Positions 1 through 29,772 of a DNA stretch of 64,000 bases are shown here, piece by piece (positions within the stretch are counted from its first letter, which is position 1; each line of letters starts with the position of its first letter). A program made the translations under genes and the position numbers. The stretch is from the human T2T-CHM13v2.0 reference genome, Homo sapiens. Location: the NCBI RefSeq assembly GCF_009914755.1, contig NC_060941.1; one strand, 5' to 3'. The notes under the pieces were generated by a model. The model made no database searches. It was not told where the DNA came from and saw only the letters and a program-made list of their open reading frames with translations.

Positions 1-592
<592 letters not shown>

Positions 593-658
593 TAATTTCT
601 AGAATTTTATAGTACTCTCCAAAATATTTTTATTACATTTATATTTGAATTTTCAAAC

Positions 659-700
659 TTCTCTTTTCCTTGGAGACAGTTCTCTTTTCCTTGGAGACAG
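659..700. repeat. Perfect 21-bp tandem duplication
   Basis: TTCTCTTTTCCTTGGAGACAG x2. Confidence 0.9.
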
Positions 701-1619
701 TTTTTCTGATAAAACTGAGGAATATTGCCTGCATTTTCTTTCAGTTTTCTGTAAATACAAAAAATAATATTTATACTGACCTTATTAGCTTTGATGATAC
801 AGAGTTTGGGATTATTCTGGGCATTAAAAATTAATATTAAGGAAGATAGCATTATGACATCTTGTAACAGTAGACCAAAATAAAACATTTTAAGACTCTG
901 GCCACTACTGAAAACTAGCTCTGTGACTTGTCCTATATATATTTCTGGGTATTATCTGAAGACTCAAAAGTGAGGAACAGAGTGAGGAATCCCAGGAACT
1001 GAAAGAAATTAAGTATGGCTGGAGTTAGGAGAAGGGCTAAGACAGGAAGTGATGTGATGACAGTGTCTTATATGAGCAATTATGACAGCCAAACTAAGGT
1101 AGTGACAGTGGAAAAGGAGGCATGGATGGACTAGAGAAGAGCTCAGTTATTAGATTACTGTAGGGGATGAGGGAGAGGAAGCACCAAGGGTGACGTTTGT
1201 GTCTCAGGCTTAAACAGTTGGATATCCATCAAGAAAAGAGCAAAAGATGTCATTGGAATGGTGGTTTTGTTTAAATACTTCTGGCTTTCCACCATTGTTC
1301 ATATTGAAAGTACTGCAGATGCTCGCCAGCCTCTGCCTTTTTTAAGAATAAACTTTTTTTAAACTAAAGAACTAAAGCTGAGATTCTTCTGTTCTGTTGT
1401 TGAGGGGCTTCCTGTGTGGGATTTCTGCATGCCCGCCCATTTAGTCACAGCAATTTGGGAAGTTTTCTCTTTGGTTTCTGACAATGAGCATTTGGGGGGA
1501 AAGCCAGGCATAAATTAGTTACAGTAGTTGGTGTTTAATGTTTCTCCAGTGAAAATTTGGACTTTTATTTTTTCCTTGTAGAACGCATAATTAAAACTCA
1601 TAGTATTATTTTGAAATGA

Positions 1620-1941
<322 letters not shown>

Positions 1942-2169
1942 AAAAAATAGAGACTCTTAATGGAGGAGCCATAAACTCACATACCTATAGAAGCCAAACT
2001 GGTAAAAGCAAGTAGTGGAACCACATGGATTAATGAGATGATAGGAAGTACAAAACAGCCATGTAAGTCAAATTAAAAAGCCAGCTTCCACTTTCTGCTT
2101 TAATCTTTTCAAAGCAATAACTATTACATAAATCAGTGGATACAATATTTCAGCAGTATTTGAAATGGT

Positions 2170-2700
2170 GTTCATACCCAGCAATTCCGCTTCTAGACAT
2201 AAATCCAAGAGAATTGAAAACATATGTGCACACAGGCACTTGTACATGAATATTCATGGAAGCATTATCCACAACAGCCAAAAAGTGGAAACAGTCCAAA
2301 TGTCTATCGAGATGAATGAATAAATAAAATGTAGTGTATGCATGCAGTGAAATATTATTTGGCCATAAAAAGAAATGAAGCACTGATGCAGGCTGCAACA
2401 CGGATGAACTTGAAAACTTTATGTTACGTGAAAGAAGCCAGTCATAAAAGGTCACACGCTGTTATTCCTATTATAGGAAATATCCAGATAGGCACGTCCA
2501 TAGAGACAGAGAGGAGAGGAGACGTTGCCAGGGGCTGGACAAGGAGAATGAGAGTGAGCGCTAATGGATGTTGCATTTCTTTGTGAGGTGGATAGTGGTG
2601 ATCATTGCACAACTCTGTGAATGTACTAAAAATTATTGAATTGTACACTTTGAAAGAATTAATTATATAGTATGCAATTATATCTCAGTTTTAAAAAAAG
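2170..2700 (+). mobile_element. Old L1 (L1MB-like) 3' end fragment
   Basis: CCCAGCAATTCCGCTTCTAG...GTGGAAACAGTCCAAATGTC...ATTGAATTGTACACTTT pattern of L1M 3' UTR. Confidence 0.7.
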
Positions 2701-3435
2701 GAAAACAGTAACCAAAATCTCCTATGGAAGCATAAAATTTTCTCTGTTAATTATGCCAAATAAAACTGAATTCACAGCAAAAAAAAAAAAAAAGAAGAGA
2801 AAGGATTCCTAAATTATTTAATTACTACTACTATCTGACCTGAAGTTACTTTGAATGTCTTGCTTCTTCATCAGCACTGACCATAGTTCTAGTCAGATTT
2901 TCCTATTTTTTTAACTCAAACTGTTGAGAGAGAGAAATGGCGTATATTAGAAAGATGCAATATTGTTTAAACTTTACTACTCTTTTGTTTTTACATTGAT
3001 TTTCATGTTTATCTTATTCTATTTTGACTGTAATGTATACATTTAACTAAAGATTGTATTTCTCAATTGTAATTTTTTTCTAGTAGAAAACATTTTAAGA
3101 TGCAGAGTTCTTTTCTTTTTCTCCAATCCCTTTAATAGTCACTTAAACAATTAAGATTGAAGCGATAATAAAACTGCATTTCTTACAAGATTTTGTATGA
3201 TATTTGTAGTATATACCAATTTTCTCATAATCTCTTCTGCAATAACATTTCATTAATACTCTGGTCCTCAGGTTGTTTCAACAAGGTCAGAAAGATAGGC
3301 AAGAAGATGGTAAAATAAACTTACTCATGGGTAAAAGGAATCAAATATTTACTATGTACACTATTCTAGGTTTTACACACTTTACATAAATTAAGTGTGA
3401 CATAAGTTCTAGTTGTCTGTTAATAGAAAAGCATC

Positions 3436-3524
3436 ACTTTGGGAGGCTGACGCAGGAGGATCCCTTAAGCCCAGGAGTTAGAGACCAGCCTGGGCAAGAT
3501 GGTGAGACCTCGTCTCTACACACA

Positions 3525-3563
<39 letters not shown>

Positions 3564-3731
3564 CCCCTATAGTCCTAGCTACTCAGGAGCAGGAGGCTGA
3601 GGTGGAAGGATCCCTTGAGCCCAAGTATTTGACGTGGCAGTGAGCTATGATTGTGCCACTGCACTCCAGCCTGGGCAACAAAGCAAGACTTCATCTCTAA
3701 ATAAAATGAAACAAAATAAAATAAATAAAAA
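3436..3731 (+). mobile_element. AluJ-like with (CA)n microsatellite in the central linker (about 3518-3560)
   Basis: Alu consensus arms with CA repeat between them. Confidence 0.85.
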
Positions 3732-4010
3732 ACATAACAGCAATTCCAGGGCCAGCTAAGTCTATGTTTTACATGTGCTTTCACTTTAAGTACAAATTGT
3801 GGAAACAAACAATGTATCCTTGCCTAAAGATACATTGTCAACATGGCACTAATACATATTTTCCACTTCCAAAGTTTTTTTTGTAAGTGTACAACGTTAG
3901 CACATGGAAACATTCAAGCTGTTTATCATTCCACTGAAATCTGGGTTTTGTTATGTTTTGTTTTGTTTTTCTGTTCTCACCTGCTGAGCAGCATTTGGCC
4001 AGCATCACCA

Positions 4011-4617
<607 letters not shown>

Positions 4618-5471
4618 TTTTTTCTTTAACTTAACACTGCTAGCTTTAAAAGGTAGTGTGTAATTTTAAAGCACTGAAGTTGTCATTTAAATAAGAAAAT
4701 GCACTTGGCTTAATCAACTGTGAAATGAAGACGATATCACTGCCTTTTCAGGCATTAGACCAAAGCCAATTATTTTGAGCCAAGTGATACCAAGTTTATA
4801 TTGCACTACAGTTTTCAAGGACATAGTGTTTCTACCCTCTCCGAACCTAAGTTGCCCCCTCACTCCTCCAGCCAACCCCCCTTTCTCTGGGCCCGTTCTT
4901 TCCCAGCTGAGCTGTTTGCCCCTTGCTCCCTTTCCCTCCTCTATTTGCCCTTTGACTGTCCCTCTATCTATATCTGGGCTAGTGCAAAAGGTTTCTTCAC
5001 TGCCTGGTCAGTCACTGACCAGTCACCACTGCACTGGGGTGGATTTGGGATCCTATTAGTAAAACTGACTATCTGGTATGTTTGTGCTGGTCATCTCCCC
5101 TGAAAATGATATTGTGCCTCATCATCAAAAGTACTGTTTAAGGGATAAGGATGGCAAACCCACAAGGTATCTGAGAAAATCCTCAAATGTGTGAGTCACC
5201 TAGTCAAATGTTCACTTATATATACTAGAGGTAAGTTCAGAGATGAACTGTGACTTGCCCAAGGCTGTGCAGCTGACCAGAGGGAGACACTGGAACTGTA
5301 TTTCTCTTTCCACTATACCATAAAAAAAAACAAGGTTAATGACACTTAAAAAGAGTTTGTAAGTAAACCAAAATGAAATGCCTAGTACATAGGAAAAGTC
5401 TTTGGGATCTCCCCACAGATTTTTAGGCAGAATGAAAGCTATCTGTACAATGAGAAATGCTGCTCAGTTCG

Positions 5472-5528
5472 ACAGATGCCACCAAGTACCAACAGATGCC
5501 ACCAAGTACCAACAGATGCCACCAAGTA
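5472..5528. repeat. 20-bp minisatellite, about 2.9 copies
   Basis: ACAGATGCCACCAAGTACCA repeated head to tail. Confidence 0.9.
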
Positions 5529-6717
5529 TCCTTACTGTCGTTCTGAAACTGAGTCTGTGACTGCAGATAATATGTCACTATTTGAGAATAAGAGGTCCCA
5601 CCCTCTCCATTCTTTTCAGGTCTTCAGTCACAAGGTCACACCTTACTTTCATTGTTTAACAGGATAAATTAATCAGGTTGAAGTAGGACTTAAGAGGTAC
5701 ATTGAAGATAAAAGCAAAACGCAGCAAACATTTTTACAAGTAGATCATCGCGGTTACCTTAAAAGTTAAGTTTCAGATTAATTTACAGAGTAGTGACAGA
5801 ATCATAATTTCAGTGAAAATCAACAATAGAGTTGTATCATTGAAAAAAGATAAATTTGGAAATACTAAGTCAGGCAAGCACGCGAAATTCAGAATATTAA
5901 AAAAGGCAAGGCCTGGTTGCCAACATACGTTCCTCAGATGAAGGTGGATATGAAGATACTAAACAGAACCAAATGAACGAGAAGCTGAAAGGGACACTTT
6001 GCAGATCAGCAAATGGACTCCGACTCCCTCGTTCAATACATTGAGGAAAGTGAGCTCACAAAGCTTGATTGGGGTATACATAAATCTAATTCCTGGTGCT
6101 GTTTGCAACTACTTATATTTTAAATGCAAGGAGATAATTGCTTAGAACACATTAAGCTCACTGATTTAAACAAAACATTTCAAGACTGACACACTGGAAG
6201 GTGGTAATGTTAACACAGCACAACAGCACACCTCGCAGATTTATGTCTAAGAGATTAAATGGAATCATCACCTCAAAATTTTAATCCTCAGTTTTCACAA
6301 ACACGATCAAGTCTCTATCAAATTTTCTGATTTATAGCATAATGCACTAGCCGTAAAAATGTGCATTCTTCAGTTTCTCCTACACTTTTCTGCCTATCTT
6401 TCAACACTGAGCCCTGGGTGTTTTCAACATAAGCAAGGCCATATGCACATTTTAATCTCATGTTTTAGAAATGAACAAAATCTGTGATATTTCAGTAGCT
6501 CATAGTGTACTTAAAAAATGAAAAGATCTCTATCAAAATATGCTTTTCACTGGGAAAAATAAATGAACCAAATGGATTTACACAAAGTAAACATTAACTT
6601 TGGTAGATTTCAATGTAGAATAGTTCATAACAAGCATATTTGCCCTTCTGCTCAACTACCAAGTTAAGACTTTTTCAAGTATTTTAACTGAGATTTTATT
6701 ATGTTGACATTTGTTTC

Positions 6718-7260
6718 TCATTCCACATCGTCTTTGGCCAAGCGCCAGCACTTACAAGTCTCTGATTAACTGGTAGGGGCTTTGTCAGAAGCATCTGGAT
6801 CACTGGTAGTGGAAGAGTTTGTTGTAACACTTGCAGTAACCACTGTGGCTGTCCACACACAGCACTTGGATTTGTCAGGTGGTCTACACCTTTAGCTAGG
6901 ATCTCTTCACCAAAGCTATATCTCTTCCAGGAAGAATTTCTGGACAGCTTCAGCATCTTTAAGGTCAGCTAACTTGGAAAGCTCAACTCACTCCTCGGCC
7001 AGCTTCTGTTTCTTTCTTTATTCTGGACGCCTATTCTTTAAGTTGGGGTCACTTCAGTCTTTTGCGGTCGAAGTAGATGCAGTACCCGATGAAAAGGGCC
7101 CCGAATACTCCAGCGGCGATGGCTCCGTTCCGACCCAGCCTCTTCCCCAGAACGCTGAGTGTGGACTGCGGCGGTGGGGGAAAGGAGCGGTTGCCCACAA
7201 ACCATCCGAGCACAGGGAGCCGCTCAGACCCGACGCCGGCGGGACAGGCACTTGGAAAGC
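6718..7260 (-). pseudogene. TOMM20P2: TOMM20 processed pseudogene (former CDS 7141-6718 plus 5' UTR); 3' UTR-derived sequence probably continues 1-3 kb leftwards
   Basis: Minus-strand translation gives GRNGAIAAGVFGALFIGYCIYFDRKR...DLKDAEAVQKFFLEEI...KGVDHLTN..AVCGQPQ.LLQVLQQTLP, matching TOMM20; intronless, ATG changed to AGG, stops, frameshifts and loss of the EYEKG segment. The P2 number is recalled. Confidence 0.93.
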
Positions 7261-7395
7261 AAGATCCAGGGTTCTGAAGATTAAAATCGTTAGTTCATTT
7301 ACTATATTTGTGCAAGTTTGAGAGAGAGTCATGTGTATAGGATTACCACTGAGTTTATATTATTTTCTCTATGCCTGGAGAGTGTTTCTTTTGTT

Positions 7396-7891
7396 TTAGT
7401 TTATTTGTTTGTTTTGATTTTTTGCTTGTTTGTTTTTGAGACCTATTCTCGTTCTGTCACCCCAGGTTGGAGTGCAGTGGCGTGATCTCAACTCACTGCC
7501 ACCTGCGCCTCCCAGACTCAAGCCATCCTTTCGCCTCAGCCTTCTGCGTAGCTGGGATTGCAGGAGCGGCCACCACGCCCGGCAATTTTTTTTTTTTTTT
7601 TTTTTTTTTGAGATGGAGTTTTGCTCTTTGTTGCCCAGGCTGGAGTGAAGTGGCACGATCTTGGCTCACTGCAACCTCCATCTCCCAGGTTCAAGCGATT
7701 CTCCTGACCCAGCCGCATGAGTAACTGGGATTACAGGAGCCCACCACCACACCCGGCTAATTTTTGTATTTTTAGAAGAGACAGGGTTTCACTATGTTGG
7801 CCAGGCTGGTCTCGAACTCCTGACCTCGTGATCTACCCGCCTCTGCCTCCCAAAGTGCTGAGATTACAGGCGTGAGCCACCGCACCCCGCC
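7396..7891 (-). mobile_element. Alu monomer followed by full AluS
   Basis: Two adjacent antisense Alu units separated by poly-T at about 7586-7609. Confidence 0.85.
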
Positions 7892-8408
7892 AGTGTTTCT
7901 TAAAGAGTTAGCATATTTAAAGAATTGGATGTTTTGGGCTTAATTTCTTATTTTTTCCCTGGGATTCTTAGAGACCCCCTCTACTAGATTTATATAAACA
8001 CTTAGTAACATCTTCAAACTGATCAATATAGGACCATAGAATTTGAGAGACATTAATATCCTTATTTTCTAATATCCACTGAAGATAGTTTATCTTTCTG
8101 AGGAAACTATTTCCCTTAGTTGTCCTTCACATATCACTACCACTTCACAAGAACAAACAGTTTTTGCAACTCTATTACTTCAGCATCAAAAAGGTTGGGG
8201 TCCCTACTAGGGGCATGGAATCCTCTAAGATTCTTCATTCCATTTTCCAGCTCCCCAGCATATAGGAACCTCAGTGCACCAGGCATTAGTTGTCCTAAAG
8301 CAAAACATTCCATCACTTTGATCAGATTAAAACTCTAACCAGTTCTGCCTTTCCATTCTGGAATACGTGTTTAAGAAGGATAGAACTATACTCCTTCTTT
8401 TTGTAGTA

Positions 8409-8632
8409 CAGGATTTGTCAGCCTTGACACTATTGAGATTTGGGGCTGGAAAATTGTTTGTTGTGGGGGGCTATCCTGTACCTTCTAGGATGTTCAGCAG
8501 TATCCCTGGCCTCTATCCACCAGGTACCATTAACACACTCCCCTCAAGGGGTGACAACCGGAAATATCTCCAGATATTATGTCCCTTGGAGGGCAAAATC
8601 CACCACCCCCTCCACTCTATTGAGAGCCACTG
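8409..8632. mobile_element. MER20-like hAT DNA transposon relic
   Basis: CTTGACACTATTGAGATTTGGGGCTGG...CAGCAGTATCCCTGGCCTCTA...TTGAGAGCCACTG. Confidence 0.7.
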
Positions 8633-9175
8633 GTCTAGTCTAATGATGAGCAGATTAATTTTAACAATGAGCAGACCTATTTTAATGATCCATATACCAG
8701 TGCCATCCAACAGAAATATAATGCAATACATAAATGTGATTTTAATATAGTAAGCACATTTTTAAAAGGTAAAAATAAATAAGCAGCTTTACTTTTAATA
8801 AAATATTTTATTCAACTAAATATTTCCAAAATATTATCATTTTGACATGTAATCCATTTAAAAATGATTCATGTAATTTTTCATTCTTTGTCATACTAAG
8901 TTTTTGAATCCCAGTGTCTATTTTACACTTACTTGTCATCTCAATTTGCACCAGCCACATAGCAAGCACTAATTTTCTACACATGGCTAATGTGTGCCAT
9001 GGGCACTGCAGTCATATACAGTGACATCCCGCAAAAGCCAGAATAGTCAACATAAACAAATTAAGAAAACAAACAAATAGCAGTGAGGGCACAGATCTTG
9101 GTTTTTGCCATTCTTCAGTAAAAGGAACCAGAGCTTCTTGGAGAAATGGCTGATTTTAGGGCTGGGGCAGAGAAA

Positions 9176-11325
<2,150 letters not shown>

Positions 11326-11754
11326 AAGAGCTTCCAATGGCTAATACTAGAACAATTTGAGGAACTAAATAATGTAATATTGAAATATAACCCAAAATAT
11401 TAAATAAATACCTATAAGTTCATTCATACAAGTAAAAGATTGAATGAATGAGTAAATGGAGAAAAGACAAGTCTCCTATACAGAAGAATTCCAAATAACT
11501 TATGTATAATAGCTACATCCTCTCTCCCCACATCAAAGAAGTGGCACTTCAATCCCCACCCTTTGAGTGTGAACTGCACTTATGACACCTGAGGGAGGAA
11601 AAGTAAATACGGTGGATCAACCTGGCAAACACTTTCTGACTCATACAGTCAAGGTTAATATCCACATGATAAGACATGTCGATCGCATACACCCCTGATA
11701 TGATATGATGACAATTACAGTTCATCCCTGTGGTCTTCCTCTTGAAAATCTTGA

Positions 11755-13005
<1,251 letters not shown>

Positions 13006-13529
13006 ACCTATAACTCCAGCCTAACTATGAGAAAAACATCAGACAAACCCAAAAGGGACATTCTACAAAGTGCCTGAACAGGGCTTCTCAAAACTATCCA
13101 GGTCTTCAAAAATAAAGTCTGAAAAATTATCACAGATCCAAGGAAGCTAAGGAGACATAACTACTAAATGTCATATGGCATCCTGGATGGGATCCTGGAA
13201 CAGACAAGCAGAGTAGGAGAAAACTGGGAAATCCAGATAAATTGCGGAGTTTAGTTCACAGCAATGTACTATGGTTGTGAAAAGTGAACCACAGTAATGT
13301 GGTAATGAAAGAGGGAACTGAGTGAAGGGTACACAGGAACTTTCTGTACTATCTTTGCAACTTTTCTGTAAGTCTATGAATATTTTAAAATAAAAAGTTA
13401 ACTTAAATTTTAAAAGCATTTTGTTTTATTTTACCATGGCTGGGTGGATTTTCAGATCTTTAATAGAGTAAGTCCCAGCTAGCTAAAGCCAGATTGCAGA
13501 GATAGGCAGGCACCATCAAAACCCAACTG

Positions 13530-13830
13530 AGCCTGGCACAGTGGCTCATGCCTACAATTCCAGCAATTGGGGAGGCTGAGGCAGGAGGATCACTTCAGCC
13601 CAGGAGTTCAGGGATATGGTGAACTATGATCACTCCAGCTTGAGCTACATAGTTGTTTTTACAAAAATATTTTTAAATTATCCAGGCATGATGGCAGGCA
13701 ACTGGGTCCTAGCTACTCAGGAAGCTGAGGTGAGAGGATTGCTTGAGCTCAGGAAGTTGAGGCTACAGTGAGTCATGATGGTGCCACTGTACTCCAGCCT
13801 GGGTGACAGAGCAAGACTCTGTCTCAAGAA
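13530..13830 (+). mobile_element. Diverged AluJ
   Basis: Alu consensus similarity. Confidence 0.8.
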
Positions 13831-13879
13831 AATGAAAAATGACCCGAGTCGGTTTTCTTTAGCTAAAAAAGGTAGAAAA

Positions 13880-14073
13880 TGGACACAGGAAAGGGAACAT
13901 CACACACACCGGGGCCTGTTGTGGGGTGAGGGGAGAGGGAGGGATAGCATTAGGAGATATACCTAATGTTAAATGACGAGTTGATGGGTGCAGCACACCA
14001 GCATGGCACATGTATACATATGTAACAAACCTGCACGTTGTGCACATGTACCCTACAACTTAAAGTATAATAA
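13880..14073 (+). mobile_element. Short young L1PA 3' fragment with 15-bp TSD
   Basis: L1 3' UTR end; AAAAAAGGTAGAAAA at 13865-13879 and 14074-14088. Confidence 0.9.
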
Positions 14074-14230
14074 AAAAAAGGTAGAAAAAATTACCCCATT
14101 GTGCTCTCCTAAACACAGTTTGTTGTCACAGATAATTTTACCACTTAATTTTCAAGGGACAAGGTGACTTAGCAGAGAAAATTAAACCCAGATTAAATAA
14201 TACTTAGAGACATAAGGTCCAACTGCTTAC

Positions 14231-14921
14231 CTGATGAAATTCCTCAGAAACTGACTTTCACAAATGTAGAGAATTCTGTGTGCCTCACAGTGAAACACAT
14301 TCCTGATCTTCTCCATGATCTTCATGGCCATGATGGTCTTTCCTAAGCCAGGTAAGCCATGGACAAACAATTCTCTGTTCTTGTGGAAGCTTCTGGAGAA
14401 TATCTCATACTGCTGGGCTGTGAGCAGATTTAAAACCTCATAGCTGCACAGGTCACTCAAGAGAGACCTGAAGCCGAGCAAGACAATCACGAGGGACTGC
14501 AGCAGGGCTTCCAATGTGCTGGGTGCCTGCAAAACTATAGGACGCAGGGTAATCCATCGGAGACACTGCAGCCTCCAAGGCCTCTGCGCTGCTCTCAGGA
14601 CTCAGGCAGAGGACCTTGGCCCTGACACACACCTCCCCAGTGTAGCCCCCCATGTTCACCAGCTTCTGCTTCAAAGTAAGGGCAGTGCAAGTGCAGTAGT
14701 CCTGGCCCTGCCAGGGCTGTTCTATGCTATCAGCAGAGCATCACAGATGACTCCTGGCTTCTCCTGCAAATTCAGGTCCACAGCCTAGCTTCTAGAGAGG
14801 ACCACAATTCCCCAGGAGAAAGGTTGGGTTTGCTTATTTATTAACTCCTCTAATCCTTCATTCTGTGAGGACAGCTCCTTCCAGAGGGATTCCAGAGTAC
14901 ATCGCAAATATCCTGGTAGCA
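14231..14921 (-). pseudogene. SLFN12L: Disabled SLFN11/SLFN13-like penultimate exon (SWADL linker plus Walker A region) with intact splice sites; likely an upstream exon of SLFN12L
   Basis: Translates to [47 protein letters not shown] and [20 protein letters not shown]...[36 protein letters not shown]; SWAVDL Trp is TAG; internal deletion and frameshift; acceptor TTTTCACATCTAG and donor CAG|GTAAGC. SLFN12L assignment is recalled or inferred. Confidence 0.85.
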
Positions 14922-15605
14922 CTAGATGTGAAAAGAATGAGAAATTAGGGGAAGGAGAAGAATCATACTGATTATGACAATTAGTTATAATTAACTGATT
15001 AATATATTTGATTATTAATTACAGATATTTCAAATATTCTTCTATAAACATTATATTACAATTATAAAGGAAAAGAAGCTTTGAAATATCTGGTAAATCT
15101 CATCTAAACCCATGTGTTTATTATGCCTTTGACCTAACCTCTCTGAGACTTTGCTCTCTCATTTGTAAAACAAAACTAAGAATAGCACATTTCCTATGGA
15201 GAGGAATAAATGAAGTAACATAAAGAGTCTGGCTCATTGCAGCTGCTTGAAAAAGATGAGTCCTATTCCCCATCCCACTCTCAAAGTGCATGAATCTCAA
15301 AATGTCCCTGAACAGTCCCCACTAATGGGGGTAGCAGGAGCCTTCCCAGGAAGAAGGTACTCATTAGCACAATATTTGCGGAGAAGAGGAAGTTACGTAA
15401 AAGCTTTTATTGGCAGTTAATTTTCTTCAGTCCTCAACTAGGAGACCCTTGAAGCTATCTCTCCTGAAGCAGAATTGTTGCATCACATACAGATCAATCT
15501 GAGGCTCCCCCCCATTACAAAAGTCTTCTCTTTGTCACAGGCAAACAAGGAACAATTACGTGACATGAGAATATACTTGTGCTACAGAGTTATAAACTTA
15601 TTTTA

Positions 15606-15899
<294 letters not shown>

Positions 15900-16179
15900 T
15901 TTCAAAGATCATGGGGTCCAAAGGGAGAAAAACAAGAATGTTTTTGCCCTATTGTGGCAGTGGCAGAATACAAACCAGAATCAAGATTTGTAAGTGGTAA
16001 TTTGAAATTGAAATTACCCAAACTTTACTGGTAATTGTTTATTGTTCATTGTTGCTTGTGCTTTCTCATTCATACCAGGTGTTCACACAACTTGATTATG
16101 CCTGCAACGTGGATGTTAGTGAGTAGGAGATGGCATCTATTATGACATACATCTAGATTTTAGAGATGTTAAGAAGTTG

Positions 16180-21810
<5,631 letters not shown>

Positions 21811-22024
21811 ACTTGTCCATATAACAAAATACCACCTGTTCCCCTAAAACTATTGAAATAATAAAAATAATAATAGTAAATAAAAAATAAAATAGATTAG
21901 AAAAGAAAAAAGTTGAAGAGATGGAAGCTCAGAAACATTAATTAACTTTCTCAAAGTCACTCAAACCCATACTGAAAGAGAAACCCATACTCTTCCGACT
22001 AACATTATAACCTCATAAACGTCA

Positions 22025-22525
<501 letters not shown>

Positions 22526-23551
22526 TTAAACTTTTGGACTATACATTCTTATGTAGATAGTGGGGGAAATGAAGATGGCCAAGGGACGTGGTAAATCTGA
22601 CAAATGGAGTAAAAGGAACATCAATGATTCTTAGTCTTTTTTATTTCAAAGAACTTGTATTTGGGAGTGGTTGTGCAAATCAATAAAACTTAACTGTGCT
22701 ATGGTGAGAAGGGGGCTCCTAAGACTCTCAGAATTGTGCCACAACCTGCACAATCACTTTTTTCTTTTGCTTGACTATGCATTCGTGCATGCCGTGAAAA
22801 CATTTCGTTATTTGATTCAGTAGCGCAGGAAACATTCAATGAAAGCTCACACTAAACACAGTGCTGTCAGAGATACTAAGAATCTGTCTGCTGGGGACAT
22901 ATGGTTTAGGTCACAACAAATTGCCATAACGTGGCTTAAACATATGTGAAGAAAAATCCATAGCCCCAAATGCCTATATTGGTTAAAGAGAAAGATAAAA
23001 GTAGAGTGAATTTACAGAACTTAGAAAAAGAACTAGATCACAAAGGAACACAAAATAAAGGGAATAATAAATGTAAGGGCAGGAGGAAATTGAAAAATTA
23101 AAAAACAATTTATTTGATTAATTAACAAGATTAAAAGTTTTGTTTTTCCTTGTTTTGCTTTTTTGTCTGGTTTTCCATCTTTTTAGACAACCCACTAGCA
23201 CTTTTATTTTTTTCACTAGCATCTTTATTATTTTAAAGAAATGAACAAATAAAATGGTGGTTGATGCAGGTGTGAAAAGGAAATAGACTTCTGAGCAGGA
23301 AATTATGTAGAAGGCCAGATCTTTCATGATCTTACTCATATGTCTGATACGTGCCTTGTAATAAAGCTTACAACTGTCTTCTTCTGTATTTTATGACCAT
23401 TAAAACAACCTTGTCAGATTATTTATACAAAGTGCCATTTGTGACATACAAGCTTTAAAGTTTTAATGTTTATTCCTATGGGCATGTTCTTTCAAGTATA
23501 GCATGCCATTGGTTTCCATGGATAAAATTTTCATATTGGCAACTCTCTTCT

Positions 23552-29150
<5,599 letters not shown>

Positions 29151-29532
29151 AGAATCTTCACAGGCATCCCTTCCTCCCAAGTCTCCTCACTTGTCTTATC
29201 TGAAGGTTTGTTCCCCAGAACTATGAGAACCCTCTACATCTCTTTCTCTCAGCCCAGCCAGGTTCCTCTGGGCTTGAGTCCTACATCCCTGGCCTCAGCT
29301 ACAAGGTGAGTACAGTCTAAGGACCAGCTCCTCTCATTGTCTATTTCACTTATTTATTAAAAGTGTAGACCTAAAGTGTCTACTTCATCCTCTCTTGCCT
29401 AAAGTGGGTATATCTGGAAGAGTCTGTAGCCACAGAGGAGATTTTCATCTTAGAGTTATGAGGTCTCTTTGAGAGACTCTCCATTCCATTGAATAAGCAT
29501 GGCTTAGATCTCTCTGGACAATCTGTACTTAC

Positions 29533-29700
29533 CTTGGGAGTTAAAAGATTCCACAGGGTTGAGATGCTGAAAGGATGAGAAAGTTCCAGGAGCTCTGATC
29601 TACTTAGGAGTCCCTGCAGTTTGGCTGAGGACAGTGGTAATCCTCAACGGCTAGAAATGGCTTTCAAATCTGAGCGCTCTGCAGAACAAGTCCAGGAAAA
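29533..29700 (-). other. SLFN12L: Probable non-coding first exon (SLFN12L 5' end); TSS position approximate
   Basis: Consensus donor AAG|GTAAGT at 29533/29532 just downstream of the ISRE/GAS cluster; gene assignment recalled. Confidence 0.6.
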
Positions 29701-29713
29701 ATGCTGCTTTGGT

Positions 29714-29772
29714 ATTTCTGAGAATGAAACTAGAAGGTTGCCGCCTTTTTAAAGTTTCCATTTCTCAGAAAT
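29714..29772. promoter_or_regulatory. Paired ISRE/GAS composite elements
   Basis: ISRE AGTTTCCATTTCT 29753-29765; GAS TTCTCAGAA 29762-29770; GAS TTCTGAGAA 29716-29724; ISRE-like GAGAATGAAACT 29720-29731. Confidence 0.7.

Noticed and set aside
5472-5528. Short direct repeats as a CRISPR-like array
   Set aside because: Head-to-tail copies without spacers in primate DNA; an ordinary minisatellite
7900-8340. Candidate last exon of the dead SLFN gene
   Set aside because: The minus-strand frame I translated shows no SLFN helicase motifs
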